Shown: in pieces, positions 47,720-56,711 of the stretch | Layout: every line of letters begins with the position of its first letter | How positions within the stretch are numbered: position 1 is the stretch's first letter | Assembly (NCBI GenBank): GCA_016194445.1 | Contig: JACQBP010000035.1 | Coordinates: forward strand, 4,396 to 68,395 | DNA: 64,000 nt | Source of the DNA: Candidatus Liptonbacteria bacterium | Lineage (GTDB): Bacteria; Patescibacteriota; Minisyncoccia; UBA6257; 2-01-FULL-56-20 | Direction: 5' to 3' | Notes under the pieces: model-generated | Told to the model about the DNA's origin: nothing | Database searches by the model: none | Seen by the model: only the letters and a program-made list of their open reading frames with translations | Position numbers and translations under genes: made by a program

Positions 47720-50011
47720 ATGTCCCCAAAGAGAAATCATTTCGCCGAAGTTAGAAAAAGAGATGGCCGCATCGTCGCCTTTGATCAAGATCGTATCACA
47801 AGCGCCATCAAAAAAGCCATGTTGGCTGCCGGAGAAGATCACCCCGAAGTCGACGCCGAGCGAGTTTCTGATCAAGTGGTCAATGCCCTCGCCCACAAAT
47901 TCACCGCCACTCACCTTCCCTCGATCGAACAGATTCAGGATATGGTGGAAACCCAACTCATGGCCACCGGTTTCACCCAAACCGCCAAATCTTACATTCT
48001 CTACCGCAACGAACGCGCCCGACTAAGAGAAGAAAAGCGCGAAGTCCCTGAACACGTCCGCGATTTAGCCGCGGAGAGTAAAAAATATTTCCGTAACCCC
48101 TTGGGCGAATTTATTTTCTACCGCACTTACTCCCGTTGGATCGAAGAAGAAAACCGCCGCGAAACTTGGATTGAGACGATTGATCGCTACCTGGATTTCA
48201 TGAAAGAAAATCTTGGCAACAAATTAACCGATGCCGAGTACAGCGAAATCCGTGAAGGTATTTTAAATCAAGAAGCCATGCCTTCGATGCGCCTCCTGCA
48301 ATTTGCCGGCAAAGCTGCTCGCTCGACCAACGTTGCCGCCTACAACTGCTCCTTCATCGCTCCCTCAAAACTTCAAGACTTCGCCGAAATTATGTACATC
48401 TCCATGTGCGGCACCGGTGTCGGCTTCTCGGTTGAAAATCAAAACGTTCAGCAACTTCCCCAAATCAAAAAACAAGGCGGTGAGAAATTGCCTACTCACG
48501 TGATCACCGACTCCAAAGAAGGCTGGGCTGACTCTTTGGCTTTCGGTATGCAAACCTGGTTCAATGGTAAAGACGTTGAGTTTGATTATTCCGAACTCCG
48601 GCCTGCCGGCGCGAGATTGAAAACTATGGGCGGCAAAAGCTCCGGTCCTGATCCGATCCGCTCACTCTTAAATTTCACGCGCGCTAAAATCCTAAAGAAG
48701 CAGGGTCGCCGTCTCTCCAACCTCGACGTCCACGACGTGATCTGTAAAATCGGCGAGATCGTGGTCGCTGGCGGCGTCAGGCGCTCCGCTTTAATTTCTC
48801 TCTCCGATCTCGACGACATCGAAATGCGCGATGCTAAAAAAGGCCAGTTTTATACGACCGAACCCCAACGCTCGCTCGCTAACAACTCTGCCGTCTACAA
48901 TCAAAAACCCTCCGCCGCTGAATTTATGGACGAGTGGATCGCGCTTATAAAAAGCGGCTCCGGGGAGCGCGGTATCTTCAACCGCGGCGGCCTGGCCAAA
49001 ACCCTGCCCGAACGCCGTCTCAAAGTCCTCAAGGGCTACGTGGGCGATCTGGGCACCAACCCTTGCGGTGAAATTATTTTGCAATCCAAACAATTCTGTA
49101 ACCTCTCCGAAGTGGTTTGCCGCGCCGAAGACACCGAGGAATCCTTGCTCCGTAAGGTTCGTCTAGCCACCATCTTAGGCACCTATCAAGCCACCCTCAC
49201 TAAGCTTCCCTATCTTTCCAAAGAATGGACCGAAAATTGTGAAACCGAAAGGCTCTTGGGGGTATCCATGACCGGCCAATGGGACTCGGTGGTCGCCCGC
49301 GAGCCCGAAGTTTTAAATAAGTTAAGAGAAGAAGCTATTAAAATTAACCAAGAATATTCCAAACGCTTCAAAATCAATGAATCCACCTGTATCACTTGTG
49401 TCAAACCCAGTGGCAATCTCTCGCAAACTGTCGACTGCGCCTCGGGCCTTCACCCTCGCCACTCGAAATACTATATCAGAAGAGTTCGTATCGCTCACAC
49501 CGACTCCCTTTTCAAAATGCTCCGCGACCAAAAAATTCCCTATCACCCCGAAGTGGGCCAATCGATGGAAACCGCCACCACCTACGTCGTTGATTTCCCA
49601 GTCAAATCTCCCGAAGGCGCCGTCTTCAAAAATAACGTCACCGCTCTCGAACTTCTCGAACATTGGAAAACGGTGAAAACTAAATTCACCGAACACAATC
49701 CTTCGGTCACCATCTCCGTGGGCGACGAAGAGTGGATTGCGGTGGCCGACTGGCTCTATGAAAATTGGGAAGTCATCGGTGGCCTCTCCTTCCTCCCTCG
49801 CTCCAACCATGTTTACCAGTTAGCTCCCTACGAAGAAATAAATGTTGATCAATACCAAGAAATGCTAGAAAAATTTGAAGGTTTAGATTTTTCCCAAATC
49901 ATGGCCTACGAAAAACGGGATGAAACCGACTTGAAAAAAGAACTGGCGTGCGTGGGCGGCGTTTGCGAGATCGACGAAGTCACCACCGAAGCCACCGCCG
50001 TAGCCGCTTAA
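47720..50011 (+). CDS. nrdJ: ribonucleotide reductase, class II-like, with an N-terminal ATP-cone
   Basis: ATP-cone VRKRDGRIVAFDQDRITSAIKKA; active-site loop NPCGEI; C-terminal CVGGVC. No adjacent nrdB. The ORF track starts at GTG 47705; ATG 47720 with GAGG 9 nt upstream is preferred. Confidence 0.8.
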   Translation: MSPKRNHFAEVRKRDGRIVAFDQDRITSAIKKAMLAAGEDHPEVDAERVSDQVVNALAHKFTATHLPSIEQIQDMVETQLMATGFTQTAKSYILYRNERARLREEKREVPEHVRDLAAESKKYFRNPLGEFIFYRTYSRWIEEENRRETWIETIDRYLDFMKENLGNKLTDAEYSEIREGILNQEAMPSMRLLQFAGKAARSTNVAAYNCSFIAPSKLQDFAEIMYISMCGTGVGFSVENQNVQQLPQIKKQGGEKLPTHVITDSKEGWADSLAFGMQTWFNGKDVEFDYSELRPAGARLKTMGGKSSGPDPIRSLLNFTRAKILKKQGRRLSNLDVHDVICKIGEIVVAGGVRRSALISLSDLDDIEMRDAKKGQFYTTEPQRSLANNSAVYNQKPSAAEFMDEWIALIKSGSGERGIFNRGGLAKTLPERRLKVLKGYVGDLGTNPCGEIILQSKQFCNLSEVVCRAEDTEESLLRKVRLATILGTYQATLTKLPYLSKEWTENCETERLLGVSMTGQWDSVVAREPEVLNKLREEAIKINQEYSKRFKINESTCITCVKPSGNLSQTVDCASGLHPRHSKYYIRRVRIAHTDSLFKMLRDQKIPYHPEVGQSMETATTYVVDFPVKSPEGAVFKNNVTALELLEHWKTVKTKFTEHNPSVTISVGDEEWIAVADWLYENWEVIGGLSFLPRSNHVYQLAPYEEINVDQYQEMLEKFEGLDFSQIMAYEKRDETDLKKELACVGGVCEIDEVTTEATAVAA

Positions 50012-50159
50012 AAGAAATCACTTTTTCTTGAAATCAAAAAGTTGCTTGGTAAAGCAAAAGATTTTTTGATTTCAACCCGATACTTTCTCATTTCTTTAAT
50101 AACGCCTTACAAAATCATCTCTTGAAAAACTAATTTAATCTGTTAAGCTAGATTGGCAT

Positions 50160-50429
50160 TCCCCGGTAGCTCAGTGGTAGAGCGGATCCCTGTCGGATAG
50201 GCAGCCTACAAGAGTAATCTTGTTTGAAAATTTCGGGATAACGGTGAACCCTTCGATACGCTTTGGCATATAAAGGTAACACCGTGGGAACCTCGCAATT
50301 TGCGGGGGCACCGTAGAGACTAGATACCGAAACATCCCAGTTGGGATGATGATATAGTCCGCGCCCTTTGGAAACTTTGGGATAAGTGTAAGGATAAGGT
50401 CGTAGGTTCGAATCCTACCCGGGGAGCCA
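50160..50429 (+). tRNA. tRNA gene interrupted by a group I intron; most likely tRNA-Asn(GUU)
   Basis: 5' exon (50160..50193) is TCCCCGGTAGCTCAGTGGTAGAGCGGATCCCTGT. 3' exon (50389..50426, plus CCA) is TAAGGATAAGGTCGTAGGTTCGAATCCTACCCGGGGAG+CCA. Joining them gives the anticodon loop CUGUUAA. U1:A72 and G73 match bacterial tRNA-Asn. Confidence 0.75.
50194..50388 (+). ncRNA. group I self-splicing intron (about 195 nt, small IC3-like) in the tRNA anticodon loop
   Basis: Conserved core elements are present: P-like AATTTGCGGG, R-like GTAGAGACTAGA and S-like GATATAGTCC. The 5' exon ends in U and the intron ends in G. A possible P1 pairs exon CUGU with intron GCAG. Confidence 0.7.
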
Positions 50430-52016
50430 GATGGGATGAGTGTCGCGAAAAGCGGCACTTTTCTCTTTATTGGTGGGCTTTTTCGCAGGTTCGAAAGTGC
50501 TTTTTTCGGTGTTTTTCTCGGAAAGCTCTTGTTGAACTCGATCATGTATGAGTTTAAAGGCTTTTTGGTAAGAAACCTCGACATTCTTGCCGTTTATCTT
50601 GGGGTTCGAAAATAGAAATGACAGCAGGGTTCGTTTTTGCTCAACCGTTCGCCGGGGTTTTAGATAAGTGTCGCGGGCCTCTTTTGCTATTTGAAGCACG
50701 GCCACACCCATCTCAAAATATTTGAGATTCGCGTTGCGATGGCGGTTTAAGCTGTCCAGCGTTTCTTCTTGCTCTTTTTTGTATTGCTGGAGTTTTTTGT
50801 CATAAAAATCGTGGCTGATTCGGCCGTCGATTTTATCGTCATAAAGTTTATCTATTCTCTGGGTGGCCGTCTGATATCTTCGTTCAAGTTCGGCCGATGA
50901 TTTTTCACGGAAGGCGATCTCGCCGGCATGGCTTTCTTTGAGTGCCTCTTGGACCCACGAGAGCATCCGTTCAATGCGTTTATCTTCGTGGCTTACTTCA
51001 ACCACCGATTTGGCCACTTGAGTATTGATATCTTCTTGCTTTACCCAATCATAATTCGGGCAGTTTTTGTAATGATTGCAGTGGCCGTACCAATGGCCTT
51101 TTTGTATTTCCCAAGTAATCGTTCCTCCGCATTCACTGCATCGGAATACGCTTTTAAACAGCGAATTGTGCTTTCGCATCCTCGGAGCTCCGTAACTGTG
51201 CAATCTATCCTGCACTTTTTGAAAAAGTTCTTTACTGATAAGCGGTTCGTGGTGACCCGGGGTGATCTGATTTTTCCATCGGTTCATGCCGTAGTAGAAC
51301 GGATCACCGAGAAGCTGATGGATTCGGGCATGGCTTACTTTGTGACTGGTACGCGAGCGCAGGCCTTTTTCATACATCGCATTGCAGAGTGTCTTGGTTG
51401 AGTATTGGCCGGATGCATATAATTCAAACATCTTTTTAATGAGTGGTGATTTTTCCTCGTCAATCACATGAACTTTATGTCCCTTCTCGCCGTCGGTTTT
51501 ATATCCGAGCGGAGGCTTTGTCGGCAACCATCCCTGCGCCAGTTTTTCTTTTTGCCCCTTTTTTACATTTTCAGAGAGCAGTCGGATATAGTATTCGGCT
51601 GTTGCCACTTTTACTCGCCACATAAACCACTCGTGCGATTTTGATTCTTTGTGCAGGGTGCATCCTTCTTTGACCAGATGAATTTTATGATTATCATCGG
51701 CCAGTATCCAATTATCAATAACCGGTACATCGGCGAAGTTTCTGGTGAGCCGGTCGGTGGTCTCTACGATGATGGTGTTGATTTTGTTTTTTACCACATG
51801 CGCCATCATCTCGCCGAAGATTTTTCGCTGGATTTTGCCGGCGGCCGACTCTTGGATGGCAAAAACTTTCGTGAGCTCGAAGTTATTGCGTTCGGCATAG
51901 TCGCGAAGGAATTTTTCTTGGGCCGGTAGTGAATAGCCGGTATCCTCTTGATCTTTTGAGGACACGCGGGCGTATCCCACGGTCTTTGGCATTTCGTTAT
52001 TGTTTATCATTGTCAT
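50415..52016 (-). CDS. large serine recombinase (integrase)
   Basis: N-terminal resolvase catalytic domain with VGYARVSSKDQ; recombinase domain; zinc ribbon CSECGG...HCNHY. The 3' end overlaps the tRNA 3' end by 15 nt. Confidence 0.85.
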   Translation of the reverse strand: MTMINNNEMPKTVGYARVSSKDQEDTGYSLPAQEKFLRDYAERNNFELTKVFAIQESAAGKIQRKIFGEMMAHVVKNKINTIIVETTDRLTRNFADVPVIDNWILADDNHKIHLVKEGCTLHKESKSHEWFMWRVKVATAEYYIRLLSENVKKGQKEKLAQGWLPTKPPLGYKTDGEKGHKVHVIDEEKSPLIKKMFELYASGQYSTKTLCNAMYEKGLRSRTSHKVSHARIHQLLGDPFYYGMNRWKNQITPGHHEPLISKELFQKVQDRLHSYGAPRMRKHNSLFKSVFRCSECGGTITWEIQKGHWYGHCNHYKNCPNYDWVKQEDINTQVAKSVVEVSHEDKRIERMLSWVQEALKESHAGEIAFREKSSAELERRYQTATQRIDKLYDDKIDGRISHDFYDKKLQQYKKEQEETLDSLNRHRNANLKYFEMGVAVLQIAKEARDTYLKPRRTVEQKRTLLSFLFSNPKINGKNVEVSYQKAFKLIHDRVQQELSEKNTEKSTFEPAKKPTNKEKSAAFRDTHPIWLPG

Positions 52017-52109
52017 TTTTGGTTAATTTTTTGGTTCGAAATCGACCTTTGGTCTCAAGACAACCCCTATGCCAATTCTCGATATCCATCAAGCTGATTT
52101 GCCCACAGC

Positions 52110-52646
52110 TCAAACACCGGTGTCTATCCAGTCAAAAAGTCGGTTTTCCGCATCTTCTGGATATTCTTTTCGAGCCAGCTTGAGCCGTACTTCGTAAGGG
52201 ACGAGATACCACCTTTCCATTGATGTCATTTTTGAGAGCGCTTCTTTGCTTAAATTCATTTCTTCTTTGGGCCTGCCTTCGACGCGATCCAGAAGCTCTT
52301 TTATGGCGCCGAGCTTCACATTGTCTTGCTGGCTTCCCATTAAAGCTACGAGCATTTCGTTGGCAAGCCGGAAGTTCTTCTCGCGAATTTGAACGCCGGC
52401 CTTGAGAAGCATCTGCATCGTTTCCCCGTGGATTGTATCCATTTCTTTCTCGTAAAGCTTGTATGTCTCGCAGAGCGTTCCCGTGTCTTTAAACCAATCT
52501 TTTGCTGTTTGCTCGGAAAACTTGCCTTTTCTACTTTTTTCAAACTGGGAATTCAAAGTTTCGGCAATGTCTTGGTAGGAATTGCCTTTATATTTCAGCT
52601 CTAACGCTTTCTTGTGGTATTCGGCTAAATGTTTGAGTTTCGGCAT
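52110..52646 (-). CDS. hypothetical HTH protein (element-encoded)
   Basis: GNSYQDIAETLN helix-turn-helix-like segment. Confidence 0.35.
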   Translation of the reverse strand: MPKLKHLAEYHKKALELKYKGNSYQDIAETLNSQFEKSRKGKFSEQTAKDWFKDTGTLCETYKLYEKEMDTIHGETMQMLLKAGVQIREKNFRLANEMLVALMGSQQDNVKLGAIKELLDRVEGRPKEEMNLSKEALSKMTSMERWYLVPYEVRLKLARKEYPEDAENRLFDWIDTGV

Positions 52647-52657
52647 GAAAAGTTGTG

Positions 52658-52855
52658 TTAAGTAGAGTGTTTGGCTGATTCATGGCGAATAGGTTGGACC
52701 GGCTTCCCCAGCACATACTCAATAATAATTATTGCCGCTTGAAGCCGTATTGATTCGTCTTTGCTTTCCAAAAGCGAAACCAGCACTTTTGTCGCTTTCA
52801 CTACATTTTTTCGTAGTATTTCTATCGCGATTTCTTCTGGCTTTTTATTTTTCAT
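52658..52855 (-). CDS. small hypothetical protein
   Basis: 65 aa, overlaps the next gene by 4 nt. Confidence 0.25.
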   Translation of the reverse strand: MKNKKPEEIAIEILRKNVVKATKVLVSLLESKDESIRLQAAIIIIEYVLGKPVQPIRHESAKHST

Positions 52856-53346
52856 GGTTTTGGCGTCATTGATTTTATTAATGTCTCGCGACCTCTTGCG
52901 AGCGCATCCAATGATTCCTGGTCTTTTTCTTGGGCGTATTGACGGCGGTATTTTAGATCATCGAGCGCGCGTTTCTTTTGGCAAAATTCTTCGTATGCCT
53001 TAAGGCCTGGGCCTACCGCCCAGCTCCAGCCCGGGTGTTCTGGCTTAACCCAGCGACGAGATATCGCTTTATTTCGAAGCAGATATTGGACGATACCGGC
53101 ATCGGTTAGGCCGGTAACATCGTTGCGAACTCGACGCGTGTCTTGGCTTTCGGGGAATTCTCGCTTGCCGATCTTAAAGGCGTTTATAACCGGCACCGTC
53201 TCTCCGTAGAAGCTCATTGGTCTTTCCAGCGGTTCTTTTTTCAGTTGCTCAAGCTCGGCCTCAAATTCTCGAATAGCTTTTCGATCTTCTTCGATATCCA
53301 AGTCGTACCCGACTTTTATTGGTTTTTGTTCTTCATTTAATTTCAT
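52852..53346 (-). CDS. hypothetical protein
   Basis: Charged helical protein; no recognisable motif. Confidence 0.35.
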   Translation of the reverse strand: MKLNEEQKPIKVGYDLDIEEDRKAIREFEAELEQLKKEPLERPMSFYGETVPVINAFKIGKREFPESQDTRRVRNDVTGLTDAGIVQYLLRNKAISRRWVKPEHPGWSWAVGPGLKAYEEFCQKKRALDDLKYRRQYAQEKDQESLDALARGRETLIKSMTPKP

Positions 53347-53349
53347 GGC

Positions 53350-54117
53350 TTAGACAATAAATTTAAGAAGTGTCTCAAGGCTATATTTCTTGAGCCATCC
53401 TTCTTTGACCGCTTCTTGCATCCGCTTATAGCCTTGCTTCAACCGCTCGTCCTCAAACGGCATAAGGTTTTTAGCGGCTCGCAGATTTCTTCGGATAAAA
53501 GTTTCCCATTGCCTTTTAGTGGTGAAATCAGGCTCCTCGGTATCCGCCCAAATTCCGATAATCTGAATATGGCGTTGCGGACTTTGATTGCACCACTCAA
53601 CGAATTCTTTTAAATCCATAGGCATATCCGCATTCACCGAAGGTGTTGCAATATCTTCTTTATTAATTTTCTTTATTGATTCTTCTTTGTTGCCATCCAT
53701 TGGCTTTTCTAAAATCACCGGATGACTTTTCATAACGCACCCAGTGCCTTTTCTATGAGAAAAATCATCTGGTGACTTTTCTTTTTTGGCATAGTATTTG
53801 GCGTTCAGTTGCCATAAATCGACGATCTTGTACTCAATGGTCGGCTTAGTTTTGCCGGCAACGCCGACTTTTTCTATCCAACCTCTTTGCACTAAAGTTT
53901 TCTGATACTTTCTGACGGTACCCGGAGCGATATCGAGTTTCTTTGCGATATTAATCGGCGACTCCCAGCAGGTGCCGGTCTCGCCGGCAACGCGCTTCAT
54001 GTAAAGATAAATTGCCTGCTCGTAGACGGTTGAATGGTTCACGATATAGTTCGGAATGATCGTGAAATATTTGCGGTCACCGCTTTTATCTATGATTTTG
54101 AAGGGATCACTTTTCAT
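53350..54117 (-). CDS. winged-helix DNA-binding protein (replication or regulatory function, element-encoded)
   Basis: wHTH-like segment PGTVRKYQKTLVQRGWIEK. Confidence 0.35.
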   Translation of the reverse strand: MKSDPFKIIDKSGDRKYFTIIPNYIVNHSTVYEQAIYLYMKRVAGETGTCWESPINIAKKLDIAPGTVRKYQKTLVQRGWIEKVGVAGKTKPTIEYKIVDLWQLNAKYYAKKEKSPDDFSHRKGTGCVMKSHPVILEKPMDGNKEESIKKINKEDIATPSVNADMPMDLKEFVEWCNQSPQRHIQIIGIWADTEEPDFTTKRQWETFIRRNLRAAKNLMPFEDERLKQGYKRMQEAVKEGWLKKYSLETLLKFIV

Positions 54118-54288
54118 GGCTTTGTTGTTCGGCGATTAAATCCTCGCAGTAGCACTGCATCAGCGTGTCGTAAAAGCCCACGAGACAAAATGCGATGTCG
54201 TGCAAATCCTGATCATTGACCTCTTCGCCAAAATCTTCTTTGAGAATGACGCGGAGCTTCTCCAGCGTTTCTGGTTTTAAGTTCACGG

Positions 54289-54549
54289 CTATTCGTGGGC
54301 ATAAATCCTGACTTTGGCGAGTTTAAGCTGGTTGAAAAATGCTTGCGGCTCGACCTTGAGTTCGCGCTTCCAATACTTGGCGACAAGCTCATCCAGCTCG
54401 TCGCTTTTCTTGAACGCGAATAGGACTTTATGCGGGTTTGTCCGATCGCAGACCTCGAGCGAATCGGGAATAAATAATAAAAGCACCGCCACCAACGCTA
54501 AATCGGCGGATTTATAAACTTCGGTTTGTTCAGTTGTTTTCATCGTCAT
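54289..54549 (-). CDS. small hypothetical protein
   Basis: 86-aa ORF. Confidence 0.3.
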   Translation of the reverse strand: MTMKTTEQTEVYKSADLALVAVLLLFIPDSLEVCDRTNPHKVLFAFKKSDELDELVAKYWKRELKVEPQAFFNQLKLAKVRIYAHE

Positions 54550-54651
54550 TATTCGCTAAACCGATGTTCCGTTTCGGGGCCTCACCCAAAACAAAACACA
54601 CTCCCATGTTAAGGGAGTGCATTCATTCAATTTTCAGTTATGAATTGATTT

Positions 54652-55353
54652 TTAGGGCTTAAAATACCATCCTTCCTGCTTTTGATTGAAAATTACATCT
54701 TTTTTGAAATGAAGTTTTAATAGGTTGTGGAGCTCGCTTACATACTTTGCGATTGTAATTCTGGGCGTGGATTTTCTTCTGTCCGCATTGATAATCGCGT
54801 CTTGTATGTCATCTCTTGTGAGCATCCGATTCGGGTGATCCATAAAAAGTCGGCATAAATCTTTTATCTGACTTCGCATTTCAATCATTTCGCCTTGATA
54901 TCGGATCGTTCCATCGGAATAGCCGGCAAGGCCTTTTATTTCAATCTCTGGCTTCAAATCTTGAACATACAGCAAGTCCTTTTTGTGCCGGCGCGTAGGA
55001 GCTGTACTGAAGATTTCCTCATCAGATTTCTTGGGTGGCGCAACCAGATCCATCAATTTTTGCCGTTCCTTATACAAAAGCATCTTTATCGGTCTAATCA
55101 AATAAAAACAATCTTGATCCTCTTCAAAATTGCCAATAATTTTCTTCTTTTTGAGGTCTTTAAGCCACCGTCTCTGTTCGTCCCAAGAGTGGAGCGGAAA
55201 AGGGTTGAGCCAGACCTTTTTTCGTTTAGAGTAAAATTCGGGATCATCCTCGCCGGCCACTTCAACTCTTTTGATAACCTCGTTGATAAAATCAATTTTT
55301 CTTTGGGCCTCCCGCCTGATTTTTACTACATCATCATTAATAGTCATTGTCAT
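54652..55353 (-). CDS. hypothetical protein
   Basis: 233 aa; the C-terminal part may be winged-helix-like. Confidence 0.35.
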   Translation of the reverse strand: MTMTINDDVVKIRREAQRKIDFINEVIKRVEVAGEDDPEFYSKRKKVWLNPFPLHSWDEQRRWLKDLKKKKIIGNFEEDQDCFYLIRPIKMLLYKERQKLMDLVAPPKKSDEEIFSTAPTRRHKKDLLYVQDLKPEIEIKGLAGYSDGTIRYQGEMIEMRSQIKDLCRLFMDHPNRMLTRDDIQDAIINADRRKSTPRITIAKYVSELHNLLKLHFKKDVIFNQKQEGWYFKP

Positions 55354-55440
55354 AGTGTTAAATCCATTGTGTCAGATTTTGCCACTTTTGAAAATAAATA
55401 CGAGCGGACGGTAACAGTTTCAATGAGCTAAAGCGACGGA

Positions 55441-56070
55441 TTGTCGGAAAAAGAAATAAGTGATATGGTAAAAAATATTTCCATAGCTTCTATGCCCAAA
55501 CCACAACTTACCTACAATCCCAATTATTATGACGGAACAAACCTCATGCAGCTGAGACCGCGCGAGGTTGCTTTCAAAACATATAAAATGCGCGACGGTA
55601 CTCTGATAGGCTTATTTCAGGGAAGTCGTGGAGTGCGACCAGACATTGATTTCGTTATAAAAATTCTTATTCCCGGATCCGATAAAAAATTAAGACCACC
55701 AACTCACACCTTTTGGGTTGTGGATCTATTACTTAAAATCCCGCAATACAAGAACGAGGTGAAAGAAATTGTGCAATATTATATAGATTATTACGAACGG
55801 ACGGTTCCTTTTGCTTCTGTTCAGGAAAGAAATAATTACCAGCTTGAAACCGTTGAGGAAATTACAACTCGTTATGCGCAACTGGAGCAACCATATACAC
55901 TTTCACTCGATTATGTCGCGACGGTCATTGAACTTTTTTGTAAGAACGAGAAAATCAACCCCGGCGCATATATGTTCCGAAATCTCTTGCTCGTGTTGAG
56001 AGATTATATTGACGGCAATAAGCACTATACAGAAGTGCTTCAGGCCGCAATGCCTGGCTACAGAAATTAG
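55441..56070 (+). CDS. hypothetical protein
   Basis: 209 aa; no recognisable motif. Confidence 0.35.
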   Translation: MSEKEISDMVKNISIASMPKPQLTYNPNYYDGTNLMQLRPREVAFKTYKMRDGTLIGLFQGSRGVRPDIDFVIKILIPGSDKKLRPPTHTFWVVDLLLKIPQYKNEVKEIVQYYIDYYERTVPFASVQERNNYQLETVEEITTRYAQLEQPYTLSLDYVATVIELFCKNEKINPGAYMFRNLLLVLRDYIDGNKHYTEVLQAAMPGYRN

Positions 56071-56711
56071 CTTGCTGTCTCAAAAATCTTTTTTACTAGC
56101 CCTGTGCGAGCATAGAATGCCCGAGTAATAGGGCGACGCTTTCCAGTTCGCGGATTAATACCACCAATGCCTTTTGTGCGAGCCTGTATCCACTTGCCGT
56201 CTTTCCCGGTTAAGGCATCAAAACCCTTCTTAATCAGTTTGTCGCGGATAAAATCGTAGTCGGCCTTGATTTCTTTTATCAATTCACCGTCCTCGGCGAA
56301 ATCCAAGCTTGCCACGCTCAGCAACTCCGCTTTCTTGGAATTCATGCCATTCCATTTTACGGCACAAAAAATAATAGTTTTAAATTTTGCCCAAACATGA
56401 CTTTCAAAAAACGAATGATCCTTTAATTCTTCGGGGTGGACCATTGTTATCGCCATCGTTTCTTTTGGTACGAGTTTATTGTTCACATAATGAAAGGCGA
56501 CGGATTTGAGTTCGTAAGTAAGCCCATTCGGTGCTTTTGAGACATTTGTTTGTAGCCCCGCCAACCGTTCTAAGACAAGACCCTTCCAGCCTTTATTTTG
56601 CTTTCCATTCTTAAACGAATTGATACCGAATTGCAAAGCAAGATCGGCAAGGTCTCTACCAATATATTTCTTCAGATTTTTTATCGCAGTTGCCCGAGTT
56701 ACAATTTTCAT
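56067..56711 (-). CDS. MutH/Sau3AI-family GATC endonuclease (restriction subunit)
   Basis: Similar to MutH. NKGWKGLVLERLAG aligns with MutH DKGWIGVLLEIWLG, TYELKSVAF with GVELKTIPV, and the C-terminal ITRAFYARTGLVKKIF with RGFYLKKNF. Translationally coupled (ATGA) to the upstream methyltransferase. Confidence 0.75.
   Translation of the reverse strand: MKIVTRATAIKNLKKYIGRDLADLALQFGINSFKNGKQNKGWKGLVLERLAGLQTNVSKAPNGLTYELKSVAFHYVNNKLVPKETMAITMVHPEELKDHSFFESHVWAKFKTIIFCAVKWNGMNSKKAELLSVASLDFAEDGELIKEIKADYDFIRDKLIKKGFDALTGKDGKWIQARTKGIGGINPRTGKRRPITRAFYARTGLVKKIFETAS

Noticed and set aside
50171-50584. 137-aa minus-strand ORF
   Set aside because: It lies entirely over the group I intron and tRNA exon and has odd composition; judged spurious.
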